IMG/VR virus record: IMGVR_UViG_3300037296_000114
Coordinates: 1 to 61,371 of that record
Reading direction: 5' to 3' (one strand)
Source of the DNA: a virus
Taxonomy: Duplodnaviria > Caudoviricetes
DNA: 61,371 bases
Shown here: positions 27,962 through 36,573 of the stretch, piece by piece
How positions within the stretch are numbered: position 1 is the stretch's first letter
How the letters are laid out: the number at the start of each line of letters is the position of its first letter
The notes under the pieces: generated by a model
What the model was told of the DNA's origin: nothing
The model's database searches: none
What the model saw: the letters and a program-made list of their open reading frames with translations, nothing else
Position numbers and translations under genes: made by a program

Positions 27962-28655
27962 ATGGCTCTTTTGGTGTTAAGGCGGGCGCTGTGTTCAGGC
28001 CCGCGCGCCGCGTCATAGCTTTCGTGAAAAATCTGAATGAGTTTGGCGGATCGTCACCGGCTACGCGCGTGGCCATAACTTCGCGCACGACGTCAACTTG
28101 ATCTGCCACGGTCAGGCCCAGATCGACTGACCATTTTCGCGCCTCGATCATGTCGGACGATGTGCCGGCCGCGCGGGACGATGGGTCAGCGCCCATTGCT
28201 GCCAGCAGGCTTTCCCGTTGCCGGTCACCGTCTGGCGGGCGCTCCCGCTCAATTGGCGGCCCGCCGTTGTGCAGGTTCATTGGCTTTGTGGTTGCGTCCT
28301 GCTTTTGGCTCGTTTGATAATCGTCATAATTCAGGATTTCGATATGCGTTCTACTGCCCCTGCGTTGACCGGATGATCCGACTTCCACCATGCCTTCGTC
28401 GCAGAGACGGGCGAGGAACCCACGGACCCGCTTGTCAGACTCCCAGCCGAAGGCGGCGGCAAGATCACGCAGCGTGGTCACGATGGACCCCCGTGGAACC
28501 AATATCCGCTTGCTGCCGACTTTATGCGTCGTGTCTCTGTATGCGGCATTGGCAATCAGCCATATCCAAGCCTCGCGGGAGGACATAGGTTCACCGTCGA
28601 ACATATCATGATCGAAGATCCTGCGGTGAAGCTGTATCCATCCCGGCTTGATCAT
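27876..28655 (-). CDS. Phage replication initiator (winged-helix N-terminus)
   Basis: GWIQLHRRIFDH...AWIWLI...PRGSIVTTLRDLA..FGW...VRGFL..L...NYDDYQ. Confidence 0.8.
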   Translation of the reverse strand: MIKPGWIQLHRRIFDHDMFDGEPMSSREAWIWLIANAAYRDTTHKVGSKRILVPRGSIVTTLRDLAAAFGWESDKRVRGFLARLCDEGMVEVGSSGQRRGSRTHIEILNYDDYQTSQKQDATTKPMNLHNGGPPIERERPPDGDRQRESLLAAMGADPSSRAAGTSSDMIEARKWSVDLGLTVADQVDVVREVMATRVAGDDPPNSFRFFTKAMTRRAGLNTAPALTPKEPYERKSSARSPDRTEQSLNAFVAGARSAS

Positions 28656-29053
28656 ACCTCGACCACCTCGATCCCCTGACTGCGCAGGATCGCCTTTTTG
28701 AGCGAGTAGAGCGGGAGGATCATGCCTTTTGCGTCCTCGGTGACCGTCTGGCCCGTGGTTACGTCTGTATATTGGAAGTCAGCGATGTAGACCAAGCCGT
28801 GATTGTTGGAGCCAAGCAACTGTCCTGACGCGCCCATGAGCGGGATACGGACCTGCAATTTTAGATCACGAATGAGGCCGTGCCGCTGCTTATCCCGCAG
28901 GATCAGGTAGCGATCAGCCTCGCGCTTACTGTCAAATTCGATGCCAGCAACGGTCACCTTTTTGGCGCTATACTTGTTCTTACGCGGCTCATCGCCGCTT
29001 TTTCTTTGCGTGGCGAGGAACTGCGCGGCGGTCATTTTTTCCATTCTACGCAC
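28652..29053 (-). CDS. DUF1064 family (PD-(D/E)XK-like) protein
   Basis: NKYSAKK...GIEFDSKREADRY..L...YIADF.Y...EDAKG. Confidence 0.85.
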   Translation of the reverse strand: MRRMEKMTAAQFLATQRKSGDEPRKNKYSAKKVTVAGIEFDSKREADRYLILRDKQRHGLIRDLKLQVRIPLMGASGQLLGSNNHGLVYIADFQYTDVTTGQTVTEDAKGMILPLYSLKKAILRSQGIEVVEV

Positions 29054-29197
29054 CTCGCGTTATCAACCCCGCCTCTATCTAAAGGCTCTCGGATGGGTAG
29101 CCGATTGGTGGCGTGATTTCGGTTACAAGAATCCAGAAGGCGCCCGAAGGCATCACACCCATGCACTGCCCAATTCGCAGTGAGAAAAACGCGCCTC

Positions 29198-29434
29198 CTA
29201 TGGGTCGGGGTCACCTTCGTCCACCTCTTCCGGCAGGACAAACGGAACCCAGCTATTCGGGCAAACAATCCCACCGGTTGCGATGTGGATTTTTTGCTGT
29301 GTGCGCCCGCCTGGTGTTCGCTTACCGCTCAAGATCAAGCTAAGATACGAACGACCGATTCCCAGATGCTTCGCAACAACGGCTTGCGATGCGTCTGGAA
29401 ACTTTGCGGAGATATACTGTTCAAGTGTCATCAT
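29198..29434 (-). CDS. cro: Cro-like HTH regulator
   Basis: MTLEQYI...QAVVAKHLGIGRSYLSLILSGKRTP...IHIATGGIV; divergent from the repressor. Confidence 0.85.
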   Translation of the reverse strand: MMTLEQYISAKFPDASQAVVAKHLGIGRSYLSLILSGKRTPGGRTQQKIHIATGGIVCPNSWVPFVLPEEVDEGDPDP

Positions 29435-29437
29435 AAT

Positions 29438-29501
29438 AGTTGCCATTTGCAACATTTTGCAAAGCAGTGTCAACCGTCCTTATTGGTTACGCCTTGCAAC
29501 A
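29438..29501. promoter_or_regulatory. cro/cI switch: two operators and a cro promoter
   Basis: AGTTGC-CATTT-GCAACA (29438-54) and GGTTAC-GCCTT-GCAACA (29485-501); TTGACA on the minus strand at 29468-73. Confidence 0.75.
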
Positions 29502-29558
29502 CAGGCGCTTTTCGTGTCTAAATCAGACTTCAACCCCATATATTTAAGGGAAATTAGT

Positions 29559-29873
29559 ATGCGTGTAAGGATAGCAGAGGTCAGGAAGTCGCTTGGTGTC
29601 AGCCAAGGAGAACTTGCTGAAAGAGTCGGGATGTCGCGCCCGTACCTTGCTCAAATTGAGAACGGGACTCGCAACATGACAACAGCAAAGCAGGTTTCTA
29701 TCGCAGAGGCGCTGGGTGTCGACCCCGGCAAGCTGGTAGACTTCACCGCTCCAGACCCGAGTGATGAAGACTATTTATTGCAATCGTTTAGATCGCTTTC
29801 GCCACAACAACGAAGGGAGTGGTTGGATTTGGCCCGCGTGGCTACGGGGCTTGCGAAGCCAAAAGGCGGATGA
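29559..29873 (+). CDS. cI: XRE-family immunity repressor (104 aa, no S24 peptidase domain)
   Basis: IAEVRKSLGVSQGELAERVGMSRPYLAQIENG HTH with a short helical C-terminal domain. Confidence 0.85.
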   Translation: MRVRIAEVRKSLGVSQGELAERVGMSRPYLAQIENGTRNMTTAKQVSIAEALGVDPGKLVDFTAPDPSDEDYLLQSFRSLSPQQRREWLDLARVATGLAKPKGG

Positions 29874-29994
29874 AGTCTTTGCGCTGATCTGCTGTCATTG
29901 AGCGGAAAATGCGCAAAGCCTCCTGCACGTCCTTTTCAACCCCTGCATCTACCCTAATGTCTTCCTGCCTATTTCGATCCGCGCTGCTGGTCAT
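29842..29994 (-). CDS. 50-aa protein resembling the repressor C-terminal domain; candidate antirepressor (not in ORF track)
   Basis: AGGGGAG SD; DVQEALRIFRSMTADQRKDFIRLL vs repressor DEDYLLQSFRSLSPQQRREWLDLA. Confidence 0.7.
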   Translation of the reverse strand: MTSSADRNRQEDIRVDAGVEKDVQEALRIFRSMTADQRKDFIRLLASQAP

Positions 29995-30075
29995 AGCAAA
30001 CTCCCCTATTGGATTTCATCAAAAAAAACACGGCGCGCCGATCAAACTCTAGCGAGAAAGGCAGCGCGCCGATTG

Positions 30076-30194
30076 TGTTACATTGCGCAACAATTAGGCA
30101 TGATGCAACACTACTACACGGTTTTTTTGACCGGCTCTAGTCAAAATCAGTATTTTTTATTGCATTCCGCTGCTACTTGTTGCAAATAGTAACA
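30076..30194. promoter_or_regulatory. Divergent promoter region with operators
   Basis: TGTTAC-ATTGC-GCAACA (30076-92), a half-match at 30094-110, TGTTGC-AAATA-GTAACA (30178-94); TTGCAT at 30160. Confidence 0.7.
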
Positions 30195-30216
30195 ATAAGT
30201 AACGGAGGACCGCAAA

Positions 30217-30516
30217 TTGCATGATGCAATCAAGAGCGATGCAGGCGCAGCGCCTGTAGATAAAAAGCTGGTGGAGTTGATCGACGCCACCATCCACCTA
30301 TTCGCACCCATGAAGGACGGCGGGAAGTACATCGCCCTGATCGGGAATATGTCTTATGCCTTCAAGGGCAACACGCCTCTAGCTGCGCACAAACGCGCAG
30401 ACGACTGGCGCAAGGGTGAGTGGGAGAAGATCACCAGCAAGGCGCACCGTGAGCGGCATGCCGCAACAAAAGCGCCAGCGAAGGCGGCAGCATCCGCAGA
30501 TGTGGTGCAGCCATGA
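30217..30516 (+). CDS. Hypothetical protein
   Basis: GGAGG SD with TTG start. Confidence 0.6.
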   Translation: MHDAIKSDAGAAPVDKKLVELIDATIHLFAPMKDGGKYIALIGNMSYAFKGNTPLAAHKRADDWRKGEWEKITSKAHRERHAATKAPAKAAASADVVQP

Positions 30517-31505
30517 GCGACATTGCGGTTATCGACCCTATCGGTACAGGCAGCAACCTTATCCGCCAGACCTGCTGGACGCCGGATATGCCAAACGAGG
30601 TGTATCACGGGGACTGCTGCATTGGCCCATCCATCTCGGCCAGCAGTGTGAAGGCGATCCTTTCGGACCCCGCCGAATTTTGGCGCACGTCTGCGATCAA
30701 CCAGCACGCTGCGGAGCGCGAGGTGAAGCAGGCGTTTAGCGTAGGAACGACTGCGCACACGATGGTTTTGGAACCCGAGTTGCTGGCGGAAACCATCGCG
30801 GTCGTACCAGCGGAAATTCTTGCCTCAAACGGTGCCCTTTCAACGAAAGCGGCGAAAGAGTTTGTCATTGATCAGACCGAAGCGGGGCGCACCGTTGTCA
30901 CGCCTGATCAATGGGACGCCGTGTGCAGCATGGCGGAGAACATCAAGGCGAACGGTCTGGTGATGCGCGCTCTCGAAGGCGGGATCATCGAACCATCCCT
31001 CTTCGTGCGAGACGAAGAAACCGGCCTGTTCATGAAAAGTCGTCCCGACGTCGCGCCTGCGGAGAGCGGGCGGTTTATCGTGGACCTCAAGACCACGGAC
31101 CACGAAAGCATTGCAGCTTGGGAGAAGGCCGCCACCGTTGATCTGCGCTACGACATTCAGGGCGCGCTGATGATGAACCACGTTCAGAAGACCATGAACG
31201 TCACCGCCGCAGGCGTGATGTATGTGGTCTCCTGCAAAAAGGAGCCGCACCGCGTCGGCGTACGCGTCCTGCGGCCCAACACAGAATCCGGCCAAGACCT
31301 TCTTGCGACCGGCTGGGCTGACATTCTGGAAGCGCAGCGGATTTTCAACGCCTGCTGGTCAGACGGCGTGTTTCCGTCGCCTTGGGACAGCGTGTCGGAC
31401 CTTGAGCCACCGGAGTTTCGCAGGCGGCAGATCGTCAGGGCGCTGGAAGATGCCGGATACCCTGAAACACCATTCTCACATTGGGGGGAGCCATCAACAT
31501 GGTAA
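30513..31505 (+). CDS. recE: RecE/exonuclease VIII-like PD-(D/E)XK nuclease (DUF3799)
   Basis: MPNEVYH...ISASSVK...GTTAHTMVLEP...KSRPD...IVDLKTT...YDIQGA. Confidence 0.85.
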   Translation: MSDIAVIDPIGTGSNLIRQTCWTPDMPNEVYHGDCCIGPSISASSVKAILSDPAEFWRTSAINQHAAEREVKQAFSVGTTAHTMVLEPELLAETIAVVPAEILASNGALSTKAAKEFVIDQTEAGRTVVTPDQWDAVCSMAENIKANGLVMRALEGGIIEPSLFVRDEETGLFMKSRPDVAPAESGRFIVDLKTTDHESIAAWEKAATVDLRYDIQGALMMNHVQKTMNVTAAGVMYVVSCKKEPHRVGVRVLRPNTESGQDLLATGWADILEAQRIFNACWSDGVFPSPWDSVSDLEPPEFRRRQIVRALEDAGYPETPFSHWGEPSTW

Positions 31506-31963
31506 TCAATGCAAAGGGCGAAGGGATGCCGTCTGGCGCCTTCGCCACGGTTATAGAGGGCAAGCACGAAGGCCCATTGCTAATGGAGGCTGTGGGCAGC
31601 GGCTTCACATATGACAGCGCGGGCGAACGTGCCGAGAAAATGCGCCAGCGCCCTGACATTATTCGCACTTGCGTTGTCCAGCTTCGCTTTTTTACCGGCA
31701 ACGAACTGCTCTTTTCGCAGGTCGGCGGTGCCCCCTTGGTTGTAGATTTCGACACCACCCTTTTCGGCTTCATCATCGAGAAGAAAAGCTACGGGCCGAC
31801 CCTTTGGGAAGGTGCGGCTGGGTGTCTGAACGAAGGCCGCGCCAATGAAGCGTACATGCGCTTTGCATCCCAGCCCGACACCATCCGAGCGTGCATTGTC
31901 GGACTGACATTCGCGCAAGGCAATCATCAACTTTTCCTCGATCTTGAAAGGATCAACCAATGA
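31499..31963 (+). CDS. Hypothetical protein made of two tandem homologous domains
   Basis: Halves share F..IE.K..GP.L.E...PD.IR.C.V.L.F..GN..LF. Confidence 0.65.
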   Translation: MVINAKGEGMPSGAFATVIEGKHEGPLLMEAVGSGFTYDSAGERAEKMRQRPDIIRTCVVQLRFFTGNELLFSQVGGAPLVVDFDTTLFGFIIEKKSYGPTLWEGAAGCLNEGRANEAYMRFASQPDTIRACIVGLTFAQGNHQLFLDLERINQ

Positions 31964-33150
31964 ACGAACTGACCACGCAGCAAAACGCACCGGCCCCGCA
32001 GCGCCAAGGCGCAGAAAACATTGATTGGGGTGTATCTCCACTCATGAACCCAGCGCGGTTTGATCACATGTACCGCATTGGCCGCATGCTGGCCTCATCC
32101 GCGCTTTGGCCTGCACACCTGAAAGGCCGCAACCCAGAAGAGGGAGCGGCTAACGGCATGCTGTGCCTGAACATGGCAGAACGCCTACGCGAAGATCCAC
32201 TTACCGTTGCACAGAACATCTACTTTGTTTCCGGCAAGCCCGGATGGAACACCACCTACATGATCGCCAAAGCGAATATGCACGGAGTGTTCAGCGATCC
32301 GATTGATTGGGACGTGAAGGGGACCGGCGATAACCTGTCTGTGACTGCTTTCGGGCTGATGAAAGGCACGGGAAAGCGCGTCGAGGTCACATGCGGCATG
32401 GCGATGGCAAAGGCCGAGGGCTGGACGAAGAACAGCAAGTATCAATCCATGCCGGAGCAAATGCTGCGCTATCGCTCTGCCGCGTTCCTGATCCGCCTGT
32501 ACGCGCCGGAAGTGATGATCGGCGTGCCTGCCCAGATCGAACTCGAACTGGACCGCGATTATAAGGACGTGACGCCCCAAGAAGCCGCGCCACAGGCGTC
32601 GATCATGGAGGCTGTGACCGGCAGCGTTGAAGGTAATGCGGGACGCATTGCGGCACCGGAGGCAGCAAAGGTTGACCGCACGCCCCCTGCCCCCGCCGTG
32701 ACGGAAAAGACCGAGGCAGACGCCAAGGCCAAGGCCGAAGCGGAAGCCGCGGCTAAAGAGAAGGCCGAGAAAGCAGAGGCTGACGCCAAGGAAAAGGCGG
32801 AGAAGGCAGCCAAGGTGCAAGCCGACAAGGAGGCGAAGGAGGCCGCAGAACAGGGGGCCGCAGCGAAGGCAGAAGCTGACCACAACGCGAAAGTGAAGGC
32901 TAACGCAGACGCCGCCGCACAGCAGGAAACGCCGCACGATCCAGACACCGGCGAGGTTTTGGATCAGCCCCCTGCAACCGGCGAAGCATACGAGCGCATG
33001 GCAGCGACGGCCAAGGCGATCATGCGCGACCTCGAAGGTAACAGCGACCCCGACGGCGTGCTGCAATTCTACGAAGAGCAGATCGACCAGATGAAAGCGC
33101 AGGCGCCCGAACTGCACGCTGAAATCATGGAAGCAGCCGCTCCCGCGTAA
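31960..33150 (+). CDS. recT: RecT-like single-strand annealing protein with Ala/Glu/Lys-rich tail
   Basis: DPLTVAQNIYFVSGKPGW...MAKAEGW.KNSKY.SMPEQMLRYRSAAF..RLYAPE. Confidence 0.8.
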   Translation: MNELTTQQNAPAPQRQGAENIDWGVSPLMNPARFDHMYRIGRMLASSALWPAHLKGRNPEEGAANGMLCLNMAERLREDPLTVAQNIYFVSGKPGWNTTYMIAKANMHGVFSDPIDWDVKGTGDNLSVTAFGLMKGTGKRVEVTCGMAMAKAEGWTKNSKYQSMPEQMLRYRSAAFLIRLYAPEVMIGVPAQIELELDRDYKDVTPQEAAPQASIMEAVTGSVEGNAGRIAAPEAAKVDRTPPAPAVTEKTEADAKAKAEAEAAAKEKAEKAEADAKEKAEKAAKVQADKEAKEAAEQGAAAKAEADHNAKVKANADAAAQQETPHDPDTGEVLDQPPATGEAYERMAATAKAIMRDLEGNSDPDGVLQFYEEQIDQMKAQAPELHAEIMEAAAPA

Positions 33151-33183
33151 CACCGCAGCGCGCAACCTCCCGCGCGCCACCTT

Positions 33184-33211
33184 GCGGGGCGGCCAAGTCG
33201 CCCCGCCTTTT
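33184..33211 (+). terminator. Rho-independent terminator
   Basis: GCGGGGCG/CGCCCCGC stem plus CTTTT. Confidence 0.75.
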
Positions 33212-33235
33212 CACCAATCAAAGTTGGAACTGCAA

Positions 33236-33391
33236 GTGACCACAACACAGCACGACATTGAAAACATGAGCGAGGCCGACATGAAAGCGGCCTGCAAGAA
33301 GCTGGAAGCCGAAGAGGGCCCAACACGCGCGGTTGAACTGCGCAAGTCTTGGAACTTTGAACACCAGCCATGGAAGAAAAAGAACAGATAG
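33236..33391 (+). CDS. Small hypothetical protein
   Basis: GTG start, 51 aa. Confidence 0.4.
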   Translation: MTTTQHDIENMSEADMKAACKKLEAEEGPTRAVELRKSWNFEHQPWKKKNR

Positions 33392-33400
33392 GAGGCCAAG

Positions 33401-33889
33401 ATGGCGCTACTTAAATACAAGCCGGAGCAAGTAGATCGTGCCCTTGAGCAACGTGAACGCGGGCGCTCATTTGGCGAGATTGCAGTGTTCACCGGAATGA
33501 CGGTCAACGCAGTGAAGTACCACTGCCTGAAAAATGGTGTAGAGGGGCCGCGCCTGTCGGAACTGTCGCCTCCCCGTGCCGAGCGCAAGACATATGTGCG
33601 CAACGGCATAGTCGTGCGCCTGTTCACCGCAGAAGAGGACCGCACAATCCTCGAAATGTCCATGTCAGGGAAGACCTCACGCCAGATCGGCGCGGCTATG
33701 GGGCGGGATCGCACTGTCGTCGCAAATCGCCTTCGCGCGCTGGCGCGGCGTGAACAGCGTAAGGAAATACCCCCAGTCTGCGAGACGTGCGATGGTGAAG
33801 GCGAGACTGTGGTTGCGGTCCTTCTTCCATCCGGCCATTCCGAACAGATAGGGACGTGCCCAGATTGCAGCGGGAGGGGCACAGCATGA
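33401..33889 (+). CDS. Double-HTH (GcrA/Myb-like) regulator with CxxCxGxG Zn finger
   Basis: AGGAGG SD; FTAEEDRTILEM...GKTSRQIG..MGRDR..V..RL; CETCDGEG...CPDCSGRG. Confidence 0.7.
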   Translation: MALLKYKPEQVDRALEQRERGRSFGEIAVFTGMTVNAVKYHCLKNGVEGPRLSELSPPRAERKTYVRNGIVVRLFTAEEDRTILEMSMSGKTSRQIGAAMGRDRTVVANRLRALARREQRKEIPPVCETCDGEGETVVAVLLPSGHSEQIGTCPDCSGRGTA

Positions 33890-34107
33890 TCCCTTGTAAA
33901 TTCCAGATGGACAGGAGCGGCAGCACGATCCTTGCCTACAGCGAGGACCGCACGCCCATACACATAATGGTATTAGACCTAGAACTGGTTGATCACATTG
34001 CCAAGCACGTCGACCTGACGCCGTTTTTAAAGGGCTATGCGATGGCTGACGTGGACGCTGCGGGGCAACTTATCTTGGGTGACGTTCTACCCGACCAGGC
34101 GTTTTAA
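33886..34107 (+). CDS. Hypothetical protein
   Basis: GGAGG SD, ATGA coupling. Confidence 0.55.
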   Translation: MIPCKFQMDRSGSTILAYSEDRTPIHIMVLDLELVDHIAKHVDLTPFLKGYAMADVDAAGQLILGDVLPDQAF

Positions 34108-34811
34108 TGGCCGCCTCAACAAAATCTCTGTTCAAGGCAACGAAGCAGAAACGGCACGTCGATCGCTCGCAGTCTGTGATTGCTGGCCTGCATGATCAGA
34201 CCAAGCCCGCCGACGTGCGCGACCCGCTGGACTATGACCCAACGCCCATTGACGCCACACTGGCGTTTCTGGGCGCGGAGGGCGACCGCATGCGCGAAAT
34301 AGGCGGGCCTGTCTGGGAGCCAGCAGTGGGCGGCGGTCACATGGCGCGCGGGCTGGAACACGCTGGCTTTGAGGTGATCGGGTCCGACATTGTGAACAGG
34401 GGCTGGCCCAGAACAATCACGCGCCCGTTTTACAGTTGGGACGGGACGCACCGCAACATGGGCTGCGCTCCGGCGCGCCTGCTTGTGACGAACCCGCCCT
34501 ACAACGAGGTCAGCGCGCGTGACGGGCATGGGCGATGGCTCCGGCACATCATGGACTTGGGTGTCCCGTATGCCGCCATGCTGCTGAACTGGGATTGGAT
34601 CGCTGCGAGGATCAACGGCATGGACGAACTGCACCAGCTATTTCCGGTCAGCCGCGCCTATGTCTGCACATGGAAGATCGACTTTCGCGGTCTTGGATCA
34701 CCGCCCCAGCGCAATGGCTGGCTGGTCTGGGACCGCGAATGGCAGGGCGAGACGGTATTGAGACGCCTCTACAAAGAGGCCGGTGATCCAAAACAGGAGA
34801 AACTGCTATGA
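34107..34811 (+). CDS. Orphan amino (N6-adenine-type) DNA methyltransferase
   Basis: DYDPTP, WEPAVGGG (motif I), SDI, TNPPY (motif IV). Confidence 0.8.
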   Translation: MAASTKSLFKATKQKRHVDRSQSVIAGLHDQTKPADVRDPLDYDPTPIDATLAFLGAEGDRMREIGGPVWEPAVGGGHMARGLEHAGFEVIGSDIVNRGWPRTITRPFYSWDGTHRNMGCAPARLLVTNPPYNEVSARDGHGRWLRHIMDLGVPYAAMLLNWDWIAARINGMDELHQLFPVSRAYVCTWKIDFRGLGSPPQRNGWLVWDREWQGETVLRRLYKEAGDPKQEKLL

Positions 34812-34981
34812 CCGCGCCGCAGTACATCAAGGTCGCTCATGTCGCGACGCAGTACGGTATCAGCCGCTACAAGTTATATCGTTTGCAAAACGAAGGCCGG
34901 TTGACCATTCACAAGTTGGACGGGGCCGCGCTGGTGAAGGTGGCCGACCTTGTTGGGCTGATTGAGGGGGCACCGGCCTAG
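34808..34981 (+). CDS. xis: Excisionase-like HTH protein (57 aa; not in ORF track)
   Basis: YIKVAHVATQYGISRYKLYRLQNEGRL..HKL; lies directly before attP-int. Confidence 0.75.
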   Translation: MTAPQYIKVAHVATQYGISRYKLYRLQNEGRLTIHKLDGAALVKVADLVGLIEGAPA

Positions 34982-34993
34982 ACCGCAGCACAA

Positions 34994-35230
34994 TCTACTT
35001 GGGGGGTAAATTGGGGGGTGGCGAAAGCCGCCCCTTTTTCTTTGCTATAAAAATAGGGGCTTTTCGCTAAATTCAACGTGCCCACCACATGCACATTGTA
35101 GCTGTAGCAACATGTAGCATGAGCGAAATATCCCCATAATATGTTGCACCATGTAACACTCGCGGCTACAAAGCCCATGCAACGCGTATCATCGCAGCGC
35201 CCTCTACTTGGGGGGTAAATTGGGGGGGTG
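34994..35230. other. attP: arm-type direct repeats flanking a putative tRNA-3'-end core (35077-35087)
   Basis: TCTACTTGGGGGGTAAATTGGGGGG(G)TG at 34994-35020 and 35203-35230; CGTGCCCACCA between them; AT-rich IHF-like tract. Confidence 0.7.
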
Positions 35231-35243
35231 CTTCTTGGCAGGA

Positions 35244-36434
35244 ATGAACAAATTGACCGCCGTAGCGATCAAGGCTGCGCCGGTAGGGGTGAAGTTACAG
35301 GACGGCGGCGGGCTGATATTGGAGCGCACGGCCAGCGGTGGGCGCTGGATATTCCGCTACTCGTTTCAGGGGCGGCGCCGTGAAATGGGGATAGGCTCGA
35401 TGCCCGACGTCAGCCTGTCCGCAGCCCGTAGCGCCCGCAACGAGTGGGCCGCCATTCTGAAAACCGGCGTCGATCCTATCGTGGAGCGCCAGCGCATGAA
35501 GGACGAGGCCGCCGCAGAAGCAAGCCGCCACGATCCTACATTCGGGGAAATGACGCAGGTGGCGTTTGAGGCCCGCAAGCAGATACTGCGCGACGATGGA
35601 AAGCGCGGAAGGTGGTTATCGCCAATCTCGATCCACGTTCTGCCCAAGATCGGGTCTCTCCGCGTTTCCAATCTGCACCAGCGCGATATTCACGACGCCA
35701 TCGACCCGATATGGCGGACCAAGCACGAAACCGCGCGCAAGGCTTTGTTCAGAACAAGATTGATTTTGAAGCATGCAAAGCTGTCAGGGTACGATGTTGA
35801 CCCATTCATATGCGATGCTGCGCAGCACATGTTAGGGCACTATGATCACGTCGAAACTCCATTAGCTGCGACGCCGTGGCAGGATTTGCCTGACCTGTAT
35901 GAGACCCTATCGAGCAAGCCTCACCCCTCATATCTAGCGTTGCGCTGGATCATCCTCACCGTAGCGCGGAGCGATTCGGCGCGCGGGGCGCGGTTCAGTG
36001 AGATTGAGGGCGACGTCTGGACAGTGCCAGCCGACCGGATGAAAGGGCGGCGCGGCAAGGTCCAGCCGTTCAGGGTTCCGCTTTCAGGTGCCGCAATCAG
36101 TGTGGTTGAAGAGTGCCGGGAGTATGCGCGCGGTGATCTGATGTTCCCATCGCCTCGAAATGATAGCGTGACAGGTTACATTCTGACAAAGACACTCAAG
36201 GATTTAGGCGAAGCCGGTAAGCCGCATGGGTTCAGGACCAGCTTTAGAACGTGGACGCAGGACACAGGGCAACCGTGGGACGTGGCGGAGACTGCGCTAG
36301 GCCACGTCATCGGCGGGAAGGTGGAGCGCGCTTACGCTCGGTCAGACCTGCTGGACCGGCGAAGGATCTTGCTGGACCGCTGGGCCGCGCATGTAACTGG
36401 CAGCACGTCCAACGTGGTGGCGTTGAAGAGGTAA
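35244..36434 (+). CDS. int: Tyrosine integrase, P4-like with arm-binding domain
   Basis: DGGGL..W.FRY...REMGIG arm domain; catalytic R...RMK...HGFR...ALGH...AY. Confidence 0.95.
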   Translation: MNKLTAVAIKAAPVGVKLQDGGGLILERTASGGRWIFRYSFQGRRREMGIGSMPDVSLSAARSARNEWAAILKTGVDPIVERQRMKDEAAAEASRHDPTFGEMTQVAFEARKQILRDDGKRGRWLSPISIHVLPKIGSLRVSNLHQRDIHDAIDPIWRTKHETARKALFRTRLILKHAKLSGYDVDPFICDAAQHMLGHYDHVETPLAATPWQDLPDLYETLSSKPHPSYLALRWIILTVARSDSARGARFSEIEGDVWTVPADRMKGRRGKVQPFRVPLSGAAISVVEECREYARGDLMFPSPRNDSVTGYILTKTLKDLGEAGKPHGFRTSFRTWTQDTGQPWDVAETALGHVIGGKVERAYARSDLLDRRRILLDRWAAHVTGSTSNVVALKR

Positions 36435-36465
36435 AAAAGCCCGCCGCCGAATAAACGGGGCGGGC
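36433..36465 (-). terminator. Terminator of the lysis operon
   Basis: GCCCGCC/GGCGGGC stem with A6 on the + strand. Confidence 0.65.
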
Positions 36466-36573
36466 AAGTCGGTGAGATTTCCGAACAGGCAAGTACGGAA
36501 ATGGTATTCTGGAAAAACCTTTCCTATCTAGTAAAATGCGACTGAAACCCGTCGCCGGCATTCCAAAGCGTGC

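Noticed and set aside
32690-32930. TolA-like gene or repeat element
   Set aside because: Low-complexity Ala/Glu/Lys linker within the RecT-like protein.
35077-35087. tRNA gene
   Set aside because: Only an 11-nt 3'-end-like string with no cloverleaf upstream; interpreted as the att core.
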